From Bilabrum cf. latius (lineage: Eukaryota): DNA of 64,000 nt. Position numbers and translations under genes: made by a program. Position 1 is the first letter of the stretch, and each line of letters begins with the position of its first letter. Shown here in pieces: positions 62,901 through 64,000 of the stretch. Under the pieces are notes generated by a model, which searched no databases, was not told the origin of the DNA, and worked only from the letters and a program-made list of their open reading frames with translations. Location: positions 1,550,001 through 1,614,000 of the forward strand of contig OZ237736.1 in the NCBI GenBank assembly GCA_965178125.1, written 5' to 3'.

Positions 62901-64000
62901 CTCCGCACCCGCGGCGGAGTGGCCACTGCATCGAAGGTACGCCTGCGGCCAATAAACGCACCCCTTGCACCGGGAGGTCCGTCGGCATCGGAGGCTGACG
63001 TCGGCTCCGTCTCGGATCCGCCAGTGGCGAGCCCCCTGCCCATGTCCCTGTCGACCGGCAGGTCAACGGATCCGAATCGGCTCTTGCGGTTGCCCCTTGC
63101 GCCCCGGGTGGAGGGCATTCCGCCCATGCTGCCGCCGCCTATGCCGTGCGATGTGCTCGACCACCCGCGGCGACCGGCCGGGCCGCCCCACGGCCGCTGT
63201 CTGCTCTGCGGCTGTGGAGTCCTGGACTCGCCGGGCCCGTGCCTGACCGCACGACCTGCCCCCGCGCTGATAGACAGACCCCGCTGGTGTGGCGAGCCTG
63301 CGAAACCTGCGGGAGACGCCGCCAGCGGTGAGCTAAAAGCATCCGCGGGAGACGTCATGGCCGCGGCGGCACCCATGAGTCCGAAGGAGAGGCCCGGCAT
63401 GGGGCCACCCACGGGTGTGCTGGCCGCATGAATCCTGGGAGACGGCACTTTGGAAGGCACGCGGCGGTGCCTCCGACGACCAGACAGCGTGCTGCTGTGT
63501 CCTGCCACGCTCCCGGACCGATGACTCCTTGTGCCTGCGGGCGAACCCAACTCCATGGGGCCACCGCCCCCGCCCCCGCCATCGCCATCTCTGCCACCAG
63601 TGCCTCTGCCCCCACTCGCGGCGGTAGCAGCGTCTCGGGTGCCGACGATCACAGACCGGCTGCGGCTGCGGGTCGCAGATTGTGACGAGTGCGATGCTAC
63701 TCCTGTCGTCGAGGCCGCAGCACCTCCAGCGGCCCGCCTCCCGCCCTCCGCGAGCATCCTGCCCTGCGAGGACCTGCGGCGGCTGCCAGGGGCCCTGTGC
63801 GTAGGGGTGGCCTGAGAGCTGGCAGCCATGTGCGTGTTGGTGATGCTGCGGTTCGAGTCCCCGGATTCTAGGGCCCCCCGGCTGTCCTTGCGACCAAACC
63901 CCGCGGTGGAGGCGCCACCGGTCGGTGTGCGCTGCCCCCTGGTCAGCTGGATCTCGGAAGCCGGAGGCAGGGCAGAGTCGCACCCTGTGACCCGTGGCAC
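50915..64000 (-). CDS. Giant voltage-gated K+ channel (Kv-like, 6TM), >4360 aa, 5' end outside the window; 11 in-frame TAGs
   Basis: Ten ORF fragments share one frame and are separated only by TAG; TGA at 50917-50915. S1 FFGMVVMLAILLSVVSFCIES, S2 VEAVCVVLFTFEY, S3 VVDLLAILPFYVEL, S4 LRVLRLGRVLRIFKLGR and pore WYVVISATTAGYGDVVP. Confidence 0.88.

Noticed and set aside
6562-64000. Mass pseudogenisation or sequencing error explaining broken ORFs
   Set aside because: All interruptions are TAG, there are no frameshifts, and essential genes keep their motifs.

Overview
GC-rich, gene-dense nuclear DNA from a flagellated eukaryote (protist). It has short GT-AG introns, flagellar and spliceosomal genes, and intergenic gaps mostly of 90-500 bp. 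The ORF track looks fragmented because this genome does not use the standard code: TAG is a sense codon, almost certainly Gln, while TGA and apparently TAA are stops. By hand count about 75-80 in-frame TAGs lie in 14 of 18 genes, including conserved Gln positions in kinesin (EA*NINRSL), eIF5 (GA*SRF) and copine (LS*IMSS). No internal TAA or TGA was found. Of the 17 genes with a visible end, 14 stop at TGA and 3 at TAA. Read this way, the window holds GalE (partial), a secreted clan GH-A glycosidase, eIF5, GMP reductase, DNAAF1/ODA7-like LRR protein, copine, two giant orphan proteins (~1565 and ~2202 aa), a dead trypsin-like membrane protein, a prion-like-domain protein, a TSNAXIP1-like protein, GH92, ISY1, organellar RadA/Sms, kinesin-14, PP2C, a GH130-like enzyme, and an uninterrupted >4360-aa Kv-type K+ channel. 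All translations, intron calls and counts were made by eye and need computational or RNA confirmation.
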